A stretch of 64,000 bases of DNA from Octopus bimaculoides (lineage: Eukaryota). Positions 26,670 through 40,177 of this stretch are shown one piece after another. The stretch covers positions 54,872,960-54,936,959 of the forward strand of contig NC_068999.1 of assembly GCF_001194135.2 (NCBI RefSeq). Direction: 5' to 3'. Each line of letters begins with the position of its first letter. The first letter of the stretch is position 1. The notes under the pieces are model-generated. The model worked only from the letters and a program-made list of their open reading frames with translations. It was not told the origin of the DNA and ran no database searches. The position numbers and the translations under genes are program-made.

Positions 26670-28799
26670 TACATATATACATAGAAACATATATTTTGTG
26701 AAGAAACTAGTGAATTCCATTTAGTAAGCACATAAATGCAAAACAAGGTGGGAAAAATAGTACTCAAATACCAAAGGTAGAGTAGTATGCTTTTATTAAA
26801 GCTGCAAATATCTTCACAAACTGTCTGACGAATGAGAACATGAAACTCTGAGTAACAGTTTGTGAAGATTTTTGCAGCTTTAATAAAAGCATATAAGAAA
26901 CAGCTGGATTGTCTAGGTTCCATGCCTTTCTACCCTCCCCGGTGGCGGATAACGGGCCATTTCCGCTGCCGGTGAATCAGTGGCCCAATACAACGGATTT
27001 TTCAGACATACTATTGAAATAACTCTCGTTATACCTTCGATGATGTCCATTCCTTTTCAGTGTTGTAAGTCCAAAACATTGCTTTTTCAGAAAACGATAG
27101 TTTGGCCAAAAGAACCGGCTATTGCAAGCAAAAAAAAAATATTGAAAAAAAAAAAGCACATTTGGCCAAATTTGGACATGACTGTTTAATATAATAGCAA
27201 CGATATATACATTTACATGTATATGGATGTCTTATCTTTTACTTGTTTCACTCTGTGGACTGTGGCTGTGCTGCCTTGAAGAACGTTAGTCAGATGAATT
27301 AACCTGCATACTTATATTTTGTTTTAAGTCTAGTATACATTCTACTGGTCACTTTTGCTGAACTACTAAGTTATGGGGATGTAAACAAACCGACACTGGT
27401 TACCAATTGGTGGTGGGGGTCAAACACAAAGACACACACACACACATACACACACTCGTATATATGTATATATATATTTATATATATGACAGGCTTCTTT
27501 CATTTTCCATCTACCAAATGCAGTCACAAGGCTTTGGTCGGTCCAAGGTTATAGTAGAAGACATTTGCCCATAATCCAAAGATTATGAAAATTGGTCATA
27601 TTAATAGGACTCAATATGTTATAATGTGCTCTGAGATATTCTATCTAAACAATTAGTGTTGGACACTTGTACAAACATTTCAGATCCATTTGATTCACAT
27701 CAGGGACAAAATGAGAATTTAAATAGATTTGAGATGTTTGTACAAGTGTGCAGGCAGTATTTTTGCAGATAGATAGATAGTCACACATACATACATACAT
27801 ACATACATACATGTATGGTATGTGTGTGTGGAGAGAAAGAGAGAGTGACGGACATAAAGTAAAATGTGTATGGTGTTGGGAGAAAAAAAAAAGGAAGATT
27901 TACAAAGTTAAATATTTCAAGTTGAAGTGTGATCTCATTATCTAAACAAGCATGAGTAATAATTTTAATCATTACAGAATTCCATTGAGAAGTCAATGCT
28001 TTTATAAGAGTATCAGTATTTCTATAGATATCACAGAAGATATGATAAATATAGATACATCCTTTTATCTATATTTATCGTATCTTATTTCTAGAAAATT
28101 TTTCATCATTTGTCTCTTGCTTGTTTCAGTCATTGGAGTGTGGTCATGCTGGGGCACTGCCTTGAAGGATTTAGTCAAAGTGACTCCTGAGCATATTGTT
28201 TTTAAAGTCTGGTACTTATTTCATTAGACTCTTTAGCTAAACTGCTGAGTTGCAGGGACATAAACAAACACAATGACACAAACATACATACAAACATACA
28301 TACATACATACATACATGCATGTAGACAAACAGACAGACAGGCAGATATCCTCATTATCATCATCATCATCATCTTTATCATTATCATTATCATTTAATG
28401 TCTGTTTTCCATGTTGGCATGGGTTGGATGGTGTGACTGGAGCTGGCAAGGTTAGAGACCTGTGCCAGGCTCTGTTGTCTGTTTTGGCATGGTTTCTACA
28501 GCTGGATGTCCTTCCTAATGCCAATCACTTTACAGAGTGTACTGGGTGCTATTTATGTGGCACCAACATCATTGTTTTTAATGTTACACCATTGCAAGTG
28601 CTTTCTATACTGGCAGATCCATTTGACTCACATCAGGGACATAATGAGAATTTAAATAGATTTGAAGTGCAAGTGCTTTTTATACTTTTAATGTGGCACT
28701 AGTGCAAATGCAATTTTTGATACTGGTGCACCAGCACCAGTATTAATTATGCTGTGGTGGATAAGTCTTCTTGAGTACAGCAAGGAGCCAGATATCTCA

Positions 28800-29380
28800 G
28801 TCCTTTGTAATCTCCCTTGTAAGGCTCAGTGTTTTGAGATCAGCCTTCAATACTTTGTCCCATGTCTTTCCGAGTCTCCCTCTTCCACAAGTTCCATTCT
28901 ACTTTAAGTGATCACCACTTCTGTATGCAACTATCTACATCCATATGCATCACATGACCAAACCAGTGCAGTCTTCCCTCTTGCATGCTGCAGCTAATTC
29001 CTGTTATGACCAACTTTTCTCTTAATACACTAGCGCTTTGTGGACTATGTATACTGATATTGCACATCCAGCAGATCATACTAGCTTCATTCCTCTCTAA
29101 CCTTTGCATGTCTTCTGCATTCAGAGTCCATGTCTCACTACCATGTAGCATTGCTATTCATATACATGCATCATACAATCTTTCTTTCACATGGAGAGAG
29201 ACCTTTGGTTGCCAACAAAGGTAAAAGCTCTCTGAACTTTCTCCATTCTATTCTTATTCTAGTGATTACACTTTCTGTGCATCCTTCCCAACTACTAATT
29301 AAGTCCTCTGGGTAGCAGAAATTATCCACTAGCTTGAAAGAGCCTCCAGAGCAACACACACACATCTGTACCATGTATTC
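28800..29380 (-). mobile_element. RTE LINE 3' fragment
   Basis: ORFs MLHGSETWTLNAEDMQRLERNEASM...LHWFGHV and LVDNFCYP...VITRIRIEWRKFRELLPLL; homologous to 57216-57762; further fragments at ~19300-19620 and 23930-24069. Confidence 0.85.
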
Positions 29381-30253
29381 TACCTCTACTGTTCCCTGTG
29401 AGTAGATCCTGATGCATTTAAAACATCATCTATTTCTCTCTCTCTCTCTCTCTCTTTCTCTCCCTTTCATTCTGACTATCTTTCTATCTTTCTCTCTATC
29501 TCTTCTTTCTTTTCCAATTAGGGTAGCCAAGTGTCTCTTCTACAGTTACATATATATCTCTATTCCTCTATTATACTCTAACCTCTAGCCTGGCACAAAG
29601 CCATTTGCCTTGGTTCTACTCCCTCTTCCAGCTGAAAGGTCTTTGTCTCAAAAAGTATTTGGTGACTCCAATGGTGTTGGTGCCACATGAAAAGCACCTA
29701 GTATACTCTGTAAAGTGGTTGGTGTTAGGAAGGGCATCCAGTCGTAGAAACCACACCAAAGCAGACGATGGGGCTCGTGCAGCTCTCCAGCTGGCCAGCC
29801 CCTGTCAGCATGGACGATGGATGTTAAATGATGATGATGACGTTGATACACACATACAAACACACACAATGAGCTTCCATACAGTTTCTCATCTATTACG
29901 TTTACTCTCAACCTCCTTATATTGTCAAACTTTGCATCATGTTTTATCTCACATATTATGATCTCCTCATAGAGTTTCTCATATACTTAATTGTTTCTTT
30001 TATCCCACCTGTAATACAATGCAACCACTTTATTCTGTTGCACTTTATATCATTCATCTCATCTTCCTCCATTACTGTATCCATACATTGTCATGCTCTG
30101 TATAATTTATTTTATCTCACCTCGATTACGATATCCTTATATTGTCACACTCTTATTTCATTTCTTTTATTTCACCTGTATTACAATTTGACCTAACTTA
30201 CATTTTCTGTCAAATGCTACATTCTTAAATCCATGCAATACAGTCTATATATA

Positions 30254-30480
30254 TATATATCAAAAATTTAAATGAGAGTTTTAACGCTAATATCCATTAT
30301 TATTGAAATTTATTCCTATGTCAACATTTCTGTATAAGGTTATATTTAACTGTCAAATTCAAATCCATGCATTGAATTTGACAATTAAATATAACCTTAT
30401 ACAGAAATGTTGACATAGGAATAAACTTCAATAATAATGGATATTAGCGTCAAAACTCTCATTTAAATTTTTGATATATA
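30254..30480. repeat. Near-perfect palindrome: 109-bp arms, 9-nt spacer, 3 mismatches
   Basis: 30254-30362 is the reverse complement of 30372-30480 (base-by-base comparison). Confidence 0.95.
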
Positions 30481-30597
30481 ACCAAGGAGATCGGTCCATA
30501 AGGAGTCTACTTTAGACCTTTGGGGAGAAATCTCTTGCTATTTTGGTAGCGATTACATGTTTATCTCATCAACACATTGTGGAAATATCATCATATG

Positions 30598-30662
<65 letters not shown>

Positions 30663-32379
30663 CTTTTGTTTCTATAAGTTTGTTTTTATATAGGAGAAAA
30701 AGTGACTCCATTTTGTTTCAGATTTCCACCCACACATTCACTGTCCATCCAAATTCAAGTACCAAGCTAACCTTTTTAAAAATCTATAAATACAAACTGT
30801 TCAACCTTTTGACAAATTGCTTCTGTCAATCTGAATCTGCAAACATAATTCTTGATTTTCTCCTTAGATATTTTTCTTTGTTTGTAATTCGTTTAGCTTA
30901 TGAGATCTGTTTTATAACAACACCTGCTTTAAGACAACTCTTCTTATTTATGACTGTATCAGCTCTTTGACAACATATGATATTGATAATATCTATATAC
31001 TTTAGAATGAAGTTTGCATCATAACAAAACTTATTATAAAAATCTAGTTTTTGACAAGATTTGCTTCATGAAAATATTTTGTTTAGGTTAAAATCTGCTT
31101 TATGATAAGATCTGGTCCATAATAAAATGTGTTGTATGACGAGATCTTATTACTAATAAGCATTCCAGGATTAACTATTAAGCAAGCCAAGCATATGCTT
31201 AGGGCACCAAGCAGAAGGAGGAACAGAGTCTTTTTCCAGTACCAGACAATAGAATTTAATACTGAAGTATTTTATGACGCATTTTAAACTTGGGAATGTA
31301 ACAAAATCAGAATCCATTAACTATTGCAAAGAACAACCTCTACAGGGTAAATTGACAGATTCTAATTATGGAAAAATTATTTATATCAAATTTTTGTATT
31401 TGTATTTTTTCCCCATATAACTTTTTTTAAAAATAATTAATTAAAAAGTGTGCTTAAGTATCTTTCTACCCAGTCACATGGTTTTGGGTTCAGTCCCACC
31501 GTATGGCATTTTAGGGAAGGTCTTGCGCCAACCAAAGCTTTGTGCAACGATTTGATGGATGGAAACTGAAAGAAGCCATTGTATATGTGTGTGTTGATGT
31601 CTCCTTATCTTCCTAGCATGATCGTTGTAAATGAGTGTCATTGCCATACAAGCAGTGTCCTTCATTCCAATCTTCTATGAAAATATATCTGGCCATAGAG
31701 AAAGAATTTTTGTATTTTTTTCCTATTGCTCTGGTCATAAGTAAATAATTTGTTTATAATGCTTGTTGCTATTTAACCCTTTTGTTACGATATTTGTGTT
31801 GAAATATACTACATTAAGTTTGAAAATAATGAAGAATTTAATAAAACAACCATTATTAAGTTGGTATCTGGAACATGAATTGCCAGGGAATTTTAAATTA
31901 AAGCAAGGTTTTAACTTACATCACATTAAAAAAAGGATGGTTGTTTCACAGAATCTGAAGAAGTCTCAAATGGGTCGCTTATAAAAGGATTAATGTTAAA
32001 TAAATAAAAATAAAACATGCTATAATTAATATGGTTGTGCATTGGTGGATAGTCTGGAAGAAAATTTAAAATCCTTTTTACATCCAGCCCTGACCGTCTT
32101 ATTAGTTAGACAATGCAAATATCAACCTACCCATGGGGTACCATTGTTTGGCAGTGCTTAGAGCATCAGTTGACTTTAATCTGGCAATGCTGGCAAAATC
32201 TACTTTATGATGAAGTCCGGTTTGTCAAGATTTAATCTATAACAAGATTTAGTCTATAAGATCTATTTTATCACAAAGTCTGTTTACTTCTCTGCTCCTT
32301 GGAGTTGGATGGGCCTATTTTGCCATTACTGAGGTGTTTCTTTTTCACTTATTTCTCCTTCTGTACACTCCTTATTGTA

Positions 32380-32520
32380 CCCAACTCCTACATCTTACAC
32401 TAATCACTATATCTTGTTCTTGCTTCACAGAACATTGGCCCTCTGGAATTCCTTCCCTGTGCATATCTTTCCAACAGGTGTTGGCTTACAAAGGAACATT
32501 CATGGACCCAGCCGTGCAAA
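32380..32520 (+). mobile_element. Possible CR1/L2-type LINE 3' coding remnant
   Basis: HRTLALWNSFPVHIFP resembles the C-terminal RTxxLWNxLP...FP motif of CR1/L2 elements; short and degenerate. Confidence 0.35.
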
Positions 32521-33149
32521 GAACATTGATATTAGCATGCAGGGCAAAATGCTTGATGATATTTCGTTTGTCTTTACATTCTGAGTTCAAATTCAACTGA
32601 AATTGATTTTGCCTTTCACCCTTTCAGGGTTGATAAAATAAGCACCAGTTGAGCAGTGGGGTTGATATAATCAACTTACCCTGTTACCCCAAATTGCTGG
32701 CCTTGTGCCAAAATTTGAAACCAATATTTGATTTGACTTACAAGGACTGTCTGAATTAATTAATGATAAGATCAAATTTACATCTATAAGGTCACCTCCT
32801 CCAATGACCCCCTCTCCTCTCAAAGTGTCTGTCTTGCAAGTTGCTTGGTGACCCTGCCAGTGCTGGTGCCACATAAAAAGCATCCATTCAACACTGTAAA
32901 GTAGCTGGCATTTGGAAGGGCGTCCAACTGTCAAAACCATGCCAAAACTGACCTTGCCTATGCTGGTGCCACATAAAAAGCACTCAGTACACTCTGCTGG
33001 GTGGTTGGTGTTAGGAAGGGCATCCAGCAGTAAAAACCATGCCAAAACAGACACAAATCTGGTGTAGTTTTCTGCCTGGCCAGCTTCTATCAAACTGTCC
33101 AACTCATGCCAGTATGGAAGGCAGACATTAAACGATAATGATGAAGCAC

Positions 33150-33990
33150 TAGTGTGGCTGTGTGGTTAAGAAACTTGCTTCTCAGTTACATGGTTCTGGG
33201 TTGAGTCCCTGCTATATGGCACTTTAGGCAAAATCTTCTACTATAGTCTCATATCAACCAAAACTTTGTGAGAGGACTTGATAGATGGAAACTGAAAGAA
33301 GCCCATTGTATACACATACATATATATATGTATGCATTGTTCAGTTTTATTTCAAAATTTCTTGCCAATAGAGAAAGAGACAGTTTCTAATCTAGATTCA
33401 AGGTTCCTTCATTGGAATTTCAACATTAACAACAGAGTATTTTTGTTTATATGTATGTATGTATATATGCAGATTTGAGTGCTTTGCTTTATGTATGTAT
33501 TCTCATGCATATCGTTGTATATCAAAACATGCTCATATATATTTAAATGATAAACTTCTGGAAAATTTTACAGATTTTTGCAGGTCCAGTGATGGATTGG
33601 ATCTGTAGTCTTTGAATTAGCTTTCTTCTTTCTGGTTTTGAGAAGCCTAATTTCTCAAGATTGGTATTTAGGCAGTGTGTTACATATCCCAGAGCCCCAA
33701 TAATTACAGGTATAAACCTGAACTTGTGATCTGGATAGAGTGTATGCATGTATGTATGTATGTATGTGTGTATATATGTGTGAGTGTTGGTGTTTCTTGT
33801 ATTTCCATCATGATAGTTGTAAACGAGTGTCACTGATCTACAAGCAGTGGCCTCCATTTCACTCTTATGTGAAAACATATCTGGCCACAAGAAATATTAC
33901 CCTTACTTGGAAAGAGATGAGGGTCTGTGAGAGGAAAGGCATCTAGCCATAAAAAAAAATCTGCCTTAAATTCATCCAGACCTTGTAAGC
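33150..33990 (+). mobile_element. tRNA-head SINE with RTE-type tail, split by the RLE insertion
   Basis: Head GTGGCTGTGTGGTTAAG...GAAACTGAAAGAAGCCC at ~33150-33310; tail resumes at ~33780 (GTTGTAAACGAGTGTCAC...GAAAGGCATCTAGCC). An uninterrupted relative is at ~31470-31700. Confidence 0.7.
33338..33740 (-). mobile_element. 5'-truncated RLE-type non-LTR retrotransposon (R4/Dong/NeSL-like) 3' end with 9-bp TSD, nested in a SINE
   Basis: Peptide LYPDHKFRFIPVIIGALGYV...LEKLGF...LQIQSITGPAKICKIF* fits the C-terminus of restriction-like-endonuclease elements; TSD TGTATGCAT at 33329-33337 and 33741-33749. Confidence 0.75.
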
Positions 33991-36129
33991 ATAGGAAACT
34001 GAACATTAAAAAATGATAATGATCTACTTTATGACAACCCCTGCTTCCTCAGTTAATAACTCTTTCTCCAATCCTTCCTCATCATAACTCTTATATTCCA
34101 GCACCCCTAACCTGGATGACTTTGATTTACAGTCATCAATCTAATTCATGCAAAGCTTTATCTTACCAATCTCAGAAGTCAGGAAGAATTATTGACATTC
34201 CTTTTCTCTTCTTACTTTAACATTTTTGTATTTAAACTGACCAAATCCAGCCAAAATATTCTACCTGTTTTATGTTCAAACTGACCAGATCTGGTATCTC
34301 ATACCTACTCTACAATACCATTCTAAAAATATACAATCATCATCAAAATTTCAAAACTAAAAGATAATACATGATTAATTCAAAACTGTGTGAATAAATG
34401 GCTGTGTTGTAAGAAGCTTGCTTCCCAAACACATGGTTCTGGGTTCGGTCCCACTGTGCGACACATTAGGCAAGTGTCTTCAACTATAGCCTTGGACTGA
34501 CCAAAGCCTAGTGAGTGGATTTGGCAGATGGAAACTGAAAGAATCTGGTTGTATGTGTGTGTGTGTGTATATGTGTTTGTGTGTGTATTGTGTCTGTGTT
34601 TGTCCCTTCACCACCACTTGACAATAGGTGTTGGTGTGTTTACATTCCCGTAACATAGCGATTCGGCAATAGAAATTGATAGAATTAGTACGAGGCTTTA
34701 GAAAACAAAATAAGTACTGGGGTCACTTCTTTCTGTCTCATTATATCTTCCCATCATCTGATACAAGATTCTCTCCTCCAATGCCCCCTCCCCTCTCAAA
34801 GGATCTTCATCATGTAAGTTACTTGGTGACCCTGCCAGTGCTGGTGCTACTTAAGAAGTATCCAGTACACACTGTAAAGTGTTTGGTGTTTGGAAGGGCA
34901 TACAGCTGTAAAAACCATGCCAAACTGACCTTGCCTGTGCTTGTGGCATGTAAAAAACACTCAGTCCACTCTTCAGAGTGGTTGGTGTTAGGAAGAGCAT
35001 CCAGCCATAAAAAACCCTGCCAAAACAAAGGAGTCTGGTGCAGGCTCTTGTCTGGCCAGCTCCTGCCAAACTGTCCAACCCATGCCAGCATGGAAGGAGG
35101 ACATTAAATAACAACAACAATGATGAAGATGATGATGAAATATATATATATATATATATAGGCTTCTTTCAGATTTTGCCTGCCAAATCCACTCACAAGG
35201 CTTTGGTTGGTTCAAAACTATAGTAGAAGACACTTGCCCAAGGTGCTACACAGTGGGACTGAATCCAGAACCATGTGGTTGGGAAGCAAGCTTCTTACCA
35301 CACATCCACACCTGTTCCTGATATAGGTCGCTAGGCTTTTTCCCACTTCTCCAGATATTATAAGAATCTCAGCAGTAATTCCTCATGAGCCAGGACCCCC
35401 ACCATCTTCTCTATCTCTTTTCAAACTGGAGTGGCCATTTATCTCCTTTACAAGACCACCTGCTTTTGTGTCTCTATAATAATTTAATCTCTCATCACCT
35501 GACACAAATCCACCTCACTCAAAACTACCCCCATTTTGGGTGAAATTCCTTGTCTTGCAAGTTACTAGGTAAACTCACGGGTGCAGGTGCCATGTAAAAA
35601 GCACCCTGTTCACACTGTGGCATTAGGAAGGACAGTCAACCCTAGAAACCAGGCCAAAGCAGACCACAGAGTTTGATGTAGTCCTCTGCCTCACCAGTTT
35701 CTGTCAAACTGTCCAACCCATGCCAGCAGGGAAAACGGACGTTAAATGATCATGATAATGAGTCTGAGAGATGAAGAATGACTGCATTGAATCTCATTCC
35801 CTACTCCAAATACTCTATTTGACATAGAACATAAAAGTCACGGAGAAATAGTTATATTTATCTAGTCTGTCTATCCAGCAATATGCTTAGCCACCCATCC
35901 ATCTGTCGCTCCCTCCTTTGCTCACATTTTTTTTAATGAAAAAAGTTCTTCTTTAGACAAAAGTTCTGAAAAAAATCCAAACAAAATAGTCTGGAAACAT
36001 AATTTATCAAGCTATCTGTGTTAATTAGGATGTCTTTAAAAATTGGAATGAAAATAAAAAAAAAAAGTTCAAAAATGATTCCTGCTCCTCAAAAAAAAAA
36101 AAAAAAAAAATGCTTCTCCCTTATTTAAG

Positions 36130-36557
36130 CAGACAGCGGAAATGGATTAGCCTCAACGGAAGTGGGCTTTAGATAACGTAAGTTAAGTGTTGTTGTTTAA
36201 CCACAGGTAAAATAAAACGTTGCAAAAATATGCTCAAAAGTATTCCATCCGGGACCATTCCATCTTTTTAAGAATAACTAGAATTCTTTAACACATACTC
36301 TCCATTTAAAAGACAGTAAATTGTGATCTGAGAGACGTTTGACTGCTGAAATTTCTACTATTCTACCGAATATGAAGAAGCAGCGAAAGCAATGTGTAAA
36401 GCAACGGAAGTTGGTTTGCAATACAACGGAAGTTGTTGCTGCGCAAGTATAAAATAAGAAGCGGTAAACTAAAATAATGACTTCTCCTTCGAGACAGAAA
36501 CTTTACTTAGTTTGAGGTGTCGTCTATCTTGTCTTCGTAATTCACCATTCTGCAGAC
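36130..36557 (+). promoter_or_regulatory. Putative GCP3 promoter/5'UTR: repeat-free, relatively CpG-rich island with Ets (CGGAAGT) sites
   Basis: CAACGGAAGT at 36154-36163, 36402-36411 and 36424-36433; GCGGAAAT at 36136-36143; TGCGCA at 36440-36445; directly upstream of the ATG. Confidence 0.6.
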
Positions 36558-36639
36558 ATGTCTTCACATTCTGACGGAGGAGGTCGTATCACTTTGGCAC
36601 TACAAAAGTTGTGTCGTTTAGTCACATCTTGTTCTGAAG
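36558..36639 (+). CDS. TUBGCP3: GCP3 exon 1 (82 nt; [27 protein letters not shown], ends phase 1)
   Basis: ATG at 36558; donor AAG|GTAATT; LQKLCRLV resembles human LQNLCCRI; lies just downstream of the Ets-motif cluster. Confidence 0.85.
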
Positions 36640-37462
36640 GTAATTTATATTTTTGGTTATGGAATATATTTTTAATAATGTTTATTTATCTGAGTGATGT
36701 GCGTGTATACGCTTGGTGAGTCTGGTGGGAAGGGCAGGACCCATGGCTTTTGCACGGCACCATTTATATGACTGGTTAAATGGTGTGCTTTTCTCGGAAC
36801 CCATCTTTGTCATTCAATTATATATATATGTATGTGTGTGTAATCATTTCGCAATTTTTGAAGGATGCTCTTGACATAGTATTACGTATTAAGTTCTGTA
36901 ATTATTCGCTTCTTGATAAATAAACAAACTACTATCTAAACTTCATTTCCGCTCCGTGCTTATAGTGCACTCCAATCCGTTTTTTGACAGTTCCAATTAC
37001 ACATTAAGTCTTCTACGAGATGTTTATAATGTATACACACAATTTTCTTGTAGAGTATAGAATCTGGTAGACTTTCTCTATTCATTTCAATACTGAAATA
37101 ACAGATGTATAGAGTGAGAAAAGAATTAAATGGCATGGCCTAACATCGAAACTACATTACATGGAAGAGAAAGAGAGGTGGTGGGTTTTCTCATGGAGTA
37201 AAGAAATAGAATAGTTATTGTCCTTGTTTGGTCTGAAGACATATATTACCGATACCTAATTTATCGATACTTCCATGGCCGGACGTGTTTTTTAAATTTT
37301 TATTTTCATAGAAGACTGGCAACGAACAGCATCAGTTGCATAATGCTGGCGCTCATTCACAACCATCCTGTGATGGTTGAGCGCTAGCATCATTCAAGCG
37401 ATACTGTTCGTTCCCAGTCTGTCATGAAATATATGTGTATGCATATAGGTGTTTGTGTATAG

Positions 37463-37494
<32 letters not shown>

Positions 37495-37543
37495 GTTTGT
37501 GTATATATAGGTATGTGTATATATATGTGCATATAGGTGTGTT

Positions 37544-37605
<62 letters not shown>

Positions 37606-37746
37606 GTAAGTGTGTATATGTGTGTGCATATAGATGTGTTTGTGTGTGTGTATATATATATATATACATGTGTGTTTATATAAGGTATGTGTGTATATAC
37701 ATATCTATGTGTATATGTATGTATATATGTAAATGTGTGTATACAT

Positions 37747-37784
<38 letters not shown>

Positions 37785-38713
37785 TTATACATGTAAAAAG
37801 AAGAGCTGGTGTCATGTAAACAGCACTCAGTACACTCTGTAAAGGGGTTGGCGCTAAGAAGGACACACACATACAAGAGCAATTATATTACAAGAAGAGT
37901 TCAAGCTCTGCAAGGTGCAGGCAGCTACCATGTATGTATGTATTGCTATGCCTGTAGTAGAGACATTGATTAATACAGTGCAATTGCCTAGAGGTTCTAC
38001 ATTCAACCCCCAGCAAAAAATGTCTCAAAATGCAGAGAGTGCAACAAGAGCAGTTTGCCCGAATGGATCAAATAAAGGGTTAGGTTTGAAATTCCAATAC
38101 AACTGAGTTCCGTGCAATACACTTGAAGAAGGCTGAAGTGTACAATAAATGATACATAGTGAAATTGATGATCAAGTTGAGGATACCAGTCTGACTATTA
38201 ATAAACAGTATACATAAAATATCAAAATTATAATGGAGCACCACTGTGAATTTATCTTTCTGGTCTCTAATGAATGGTTTTTGGGAATCTATCAGAAGGA
38301 ACCTTGTTGTGGTTTAATTCAGCCTTCAAAACATAGCAGCCAAATCTTAATTGAATCACATACTATTGTCTTAATAAAGGACACATTAGATTATGTAGTG
38401 TGGTTCACATGCCTGGGAAAAAATGTTCGTCAACTCTAGATTAAACAACAGCCTGGGAAAATTGATGGTTGATATGAAGTTAAAGAAAGAAAATTCTATT
38501 TGGTGTGTTACCAGTAGGAAACAGACCAAACGGAATTCAATTATTGTAAAGTCTAGGTGCAGGCATGGCTGTGTGGTAAGAAGCTTGCTTCCCAATCGCA
38601 TGGTTCTGGGTTCAGTCTCACTGCATGGCACTTTGGGCAAGTGTTTCCTACTATAGCCTCAGGCCAACTAAACCTTTGTGAGTAGATTTGGTAGACAAAC
38701 TGAAAGAGGCCTG

Positions 38714-38754
<41 letters not shown>

Positions 38755-40146
38755 GCAATGGGCAAATTGTTGCCATTTTATATTTGTAATTTTGTACATG
38801 CACATTGTTTGTTTTTGATTTTGTCAAGTATACAGTACAGTCAGTTGGGCACTGTCTGTGAGAAAAACAGCACCATGACGCAATTCACTCTGCNNNNNNN
38901 NNNGTACAGTCAGTTGGGCACTGTCTGTGAGAAAAACAGCACCATGACGCAATTCACTCTGCCAGAAATTTGGAAACAACATGTGTACTGCTTGGCATTT
39001 GTGCTGGAAACTCCAATATGAACATTTCAGAGTGTTTGGGTGTCAATCTGAGGACATGTACTGAGAGTGATAAAAATCAAACATCCAGTGAACATCAGGG
39101 TTTTTGGAGTGATCACCAGTGGTGGCAATGTCTTGCCTCCGTCTTCCCACACGGACTCAGACTCAACATGGAGGCCTACATCAAGTGCCTGGAGGAGGTA
39201 GTGCCGTCCTGGGTCAAGAGGGTGGCTGCTGGAAGACCCTATATCTGGCAACAGGACTCTGCACCATGCCACACAAGCAGGAGAACCCAGTCATGGCTGA
39301 GATAATTTCTGTGACCACATCACCCCTAACATCTGGCCACCTAACTCCCCACACTGCAACCCACCTGATTATGTGTGGGGTGCAGTTGAACAAGAGACTA
39401 ACAAAACTCTTTGTAACACCAAAGATGAATTGAAGGCAAGGATTATGGCAGCATTCTCCAACTTAAATAAAAAGACTGTCCAGAAGAGTTGCAGGAGATT
39501 CTGAAGTCTTCTGGAGGCCGTGGTCGAAGCCGGTTGCGATTTTATTGAATAGATTTACTCTTAAATATTTAAAAATATTTTTATGTAATTTTGGTAAATA
39601 TATCTGTTAAAATGAGATGTCAGTGTTTTCATTTACAGGTAATTTAGATGACAGTTTATTCACCACACCCTGTATATATACAGTAATCCCTCAACTATCA
39701 CGGGTGTTATGTTCCAAAACCTCCCGCAAAAGGTGAAAATCCATGAAATAGATACAGTACTGTACTACATATATTTATCATTTTTATAATTTGTATATAT
39801 TTATTTTATTATAAATGCAAAATAATGCCACACACTCGCCTCCTGAGTTTCGTCTTCCATACAGCATATGTGATTCTTTGTTTACTCATTTACGGCACAC
39901 TACATATTGTCTTTTAATATATATTAATTAATGTATTGTGCAGTGCACTACTGTACTGTATTTCTATTTATTAATTTTTAGGCATGAAAATACTTATTTT
40001 ATCAGAGAAATAATTAAAATCTAAGAAAATATGAATACGTATCGGTTGCATAAACCCAGGATATACTGAGGGGCCCCTGGTATAAATTTCCATCTATTAG
40101 CCAGAAAGATCCTTGATAGGTGAACTGCAATATGGCAAGGGATTAC

Positions 40147-40177
<31 letters not shown>

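Noticed and set aside
26931-27185. CpG-rich patch that could be a second promoter
   Set aside because: No adjacent exon; it ends in TTGGACATGACTG, which resembles a hAT-type terminus and adjoins other repeats; more likely a transposon end (unresolved).
38834-38962. 59-bp tandem duplication inside the maT element
   Set aside because: Exact duplicate around a 10-N gap and absent from the sister copy at 18172; assembly artefact.
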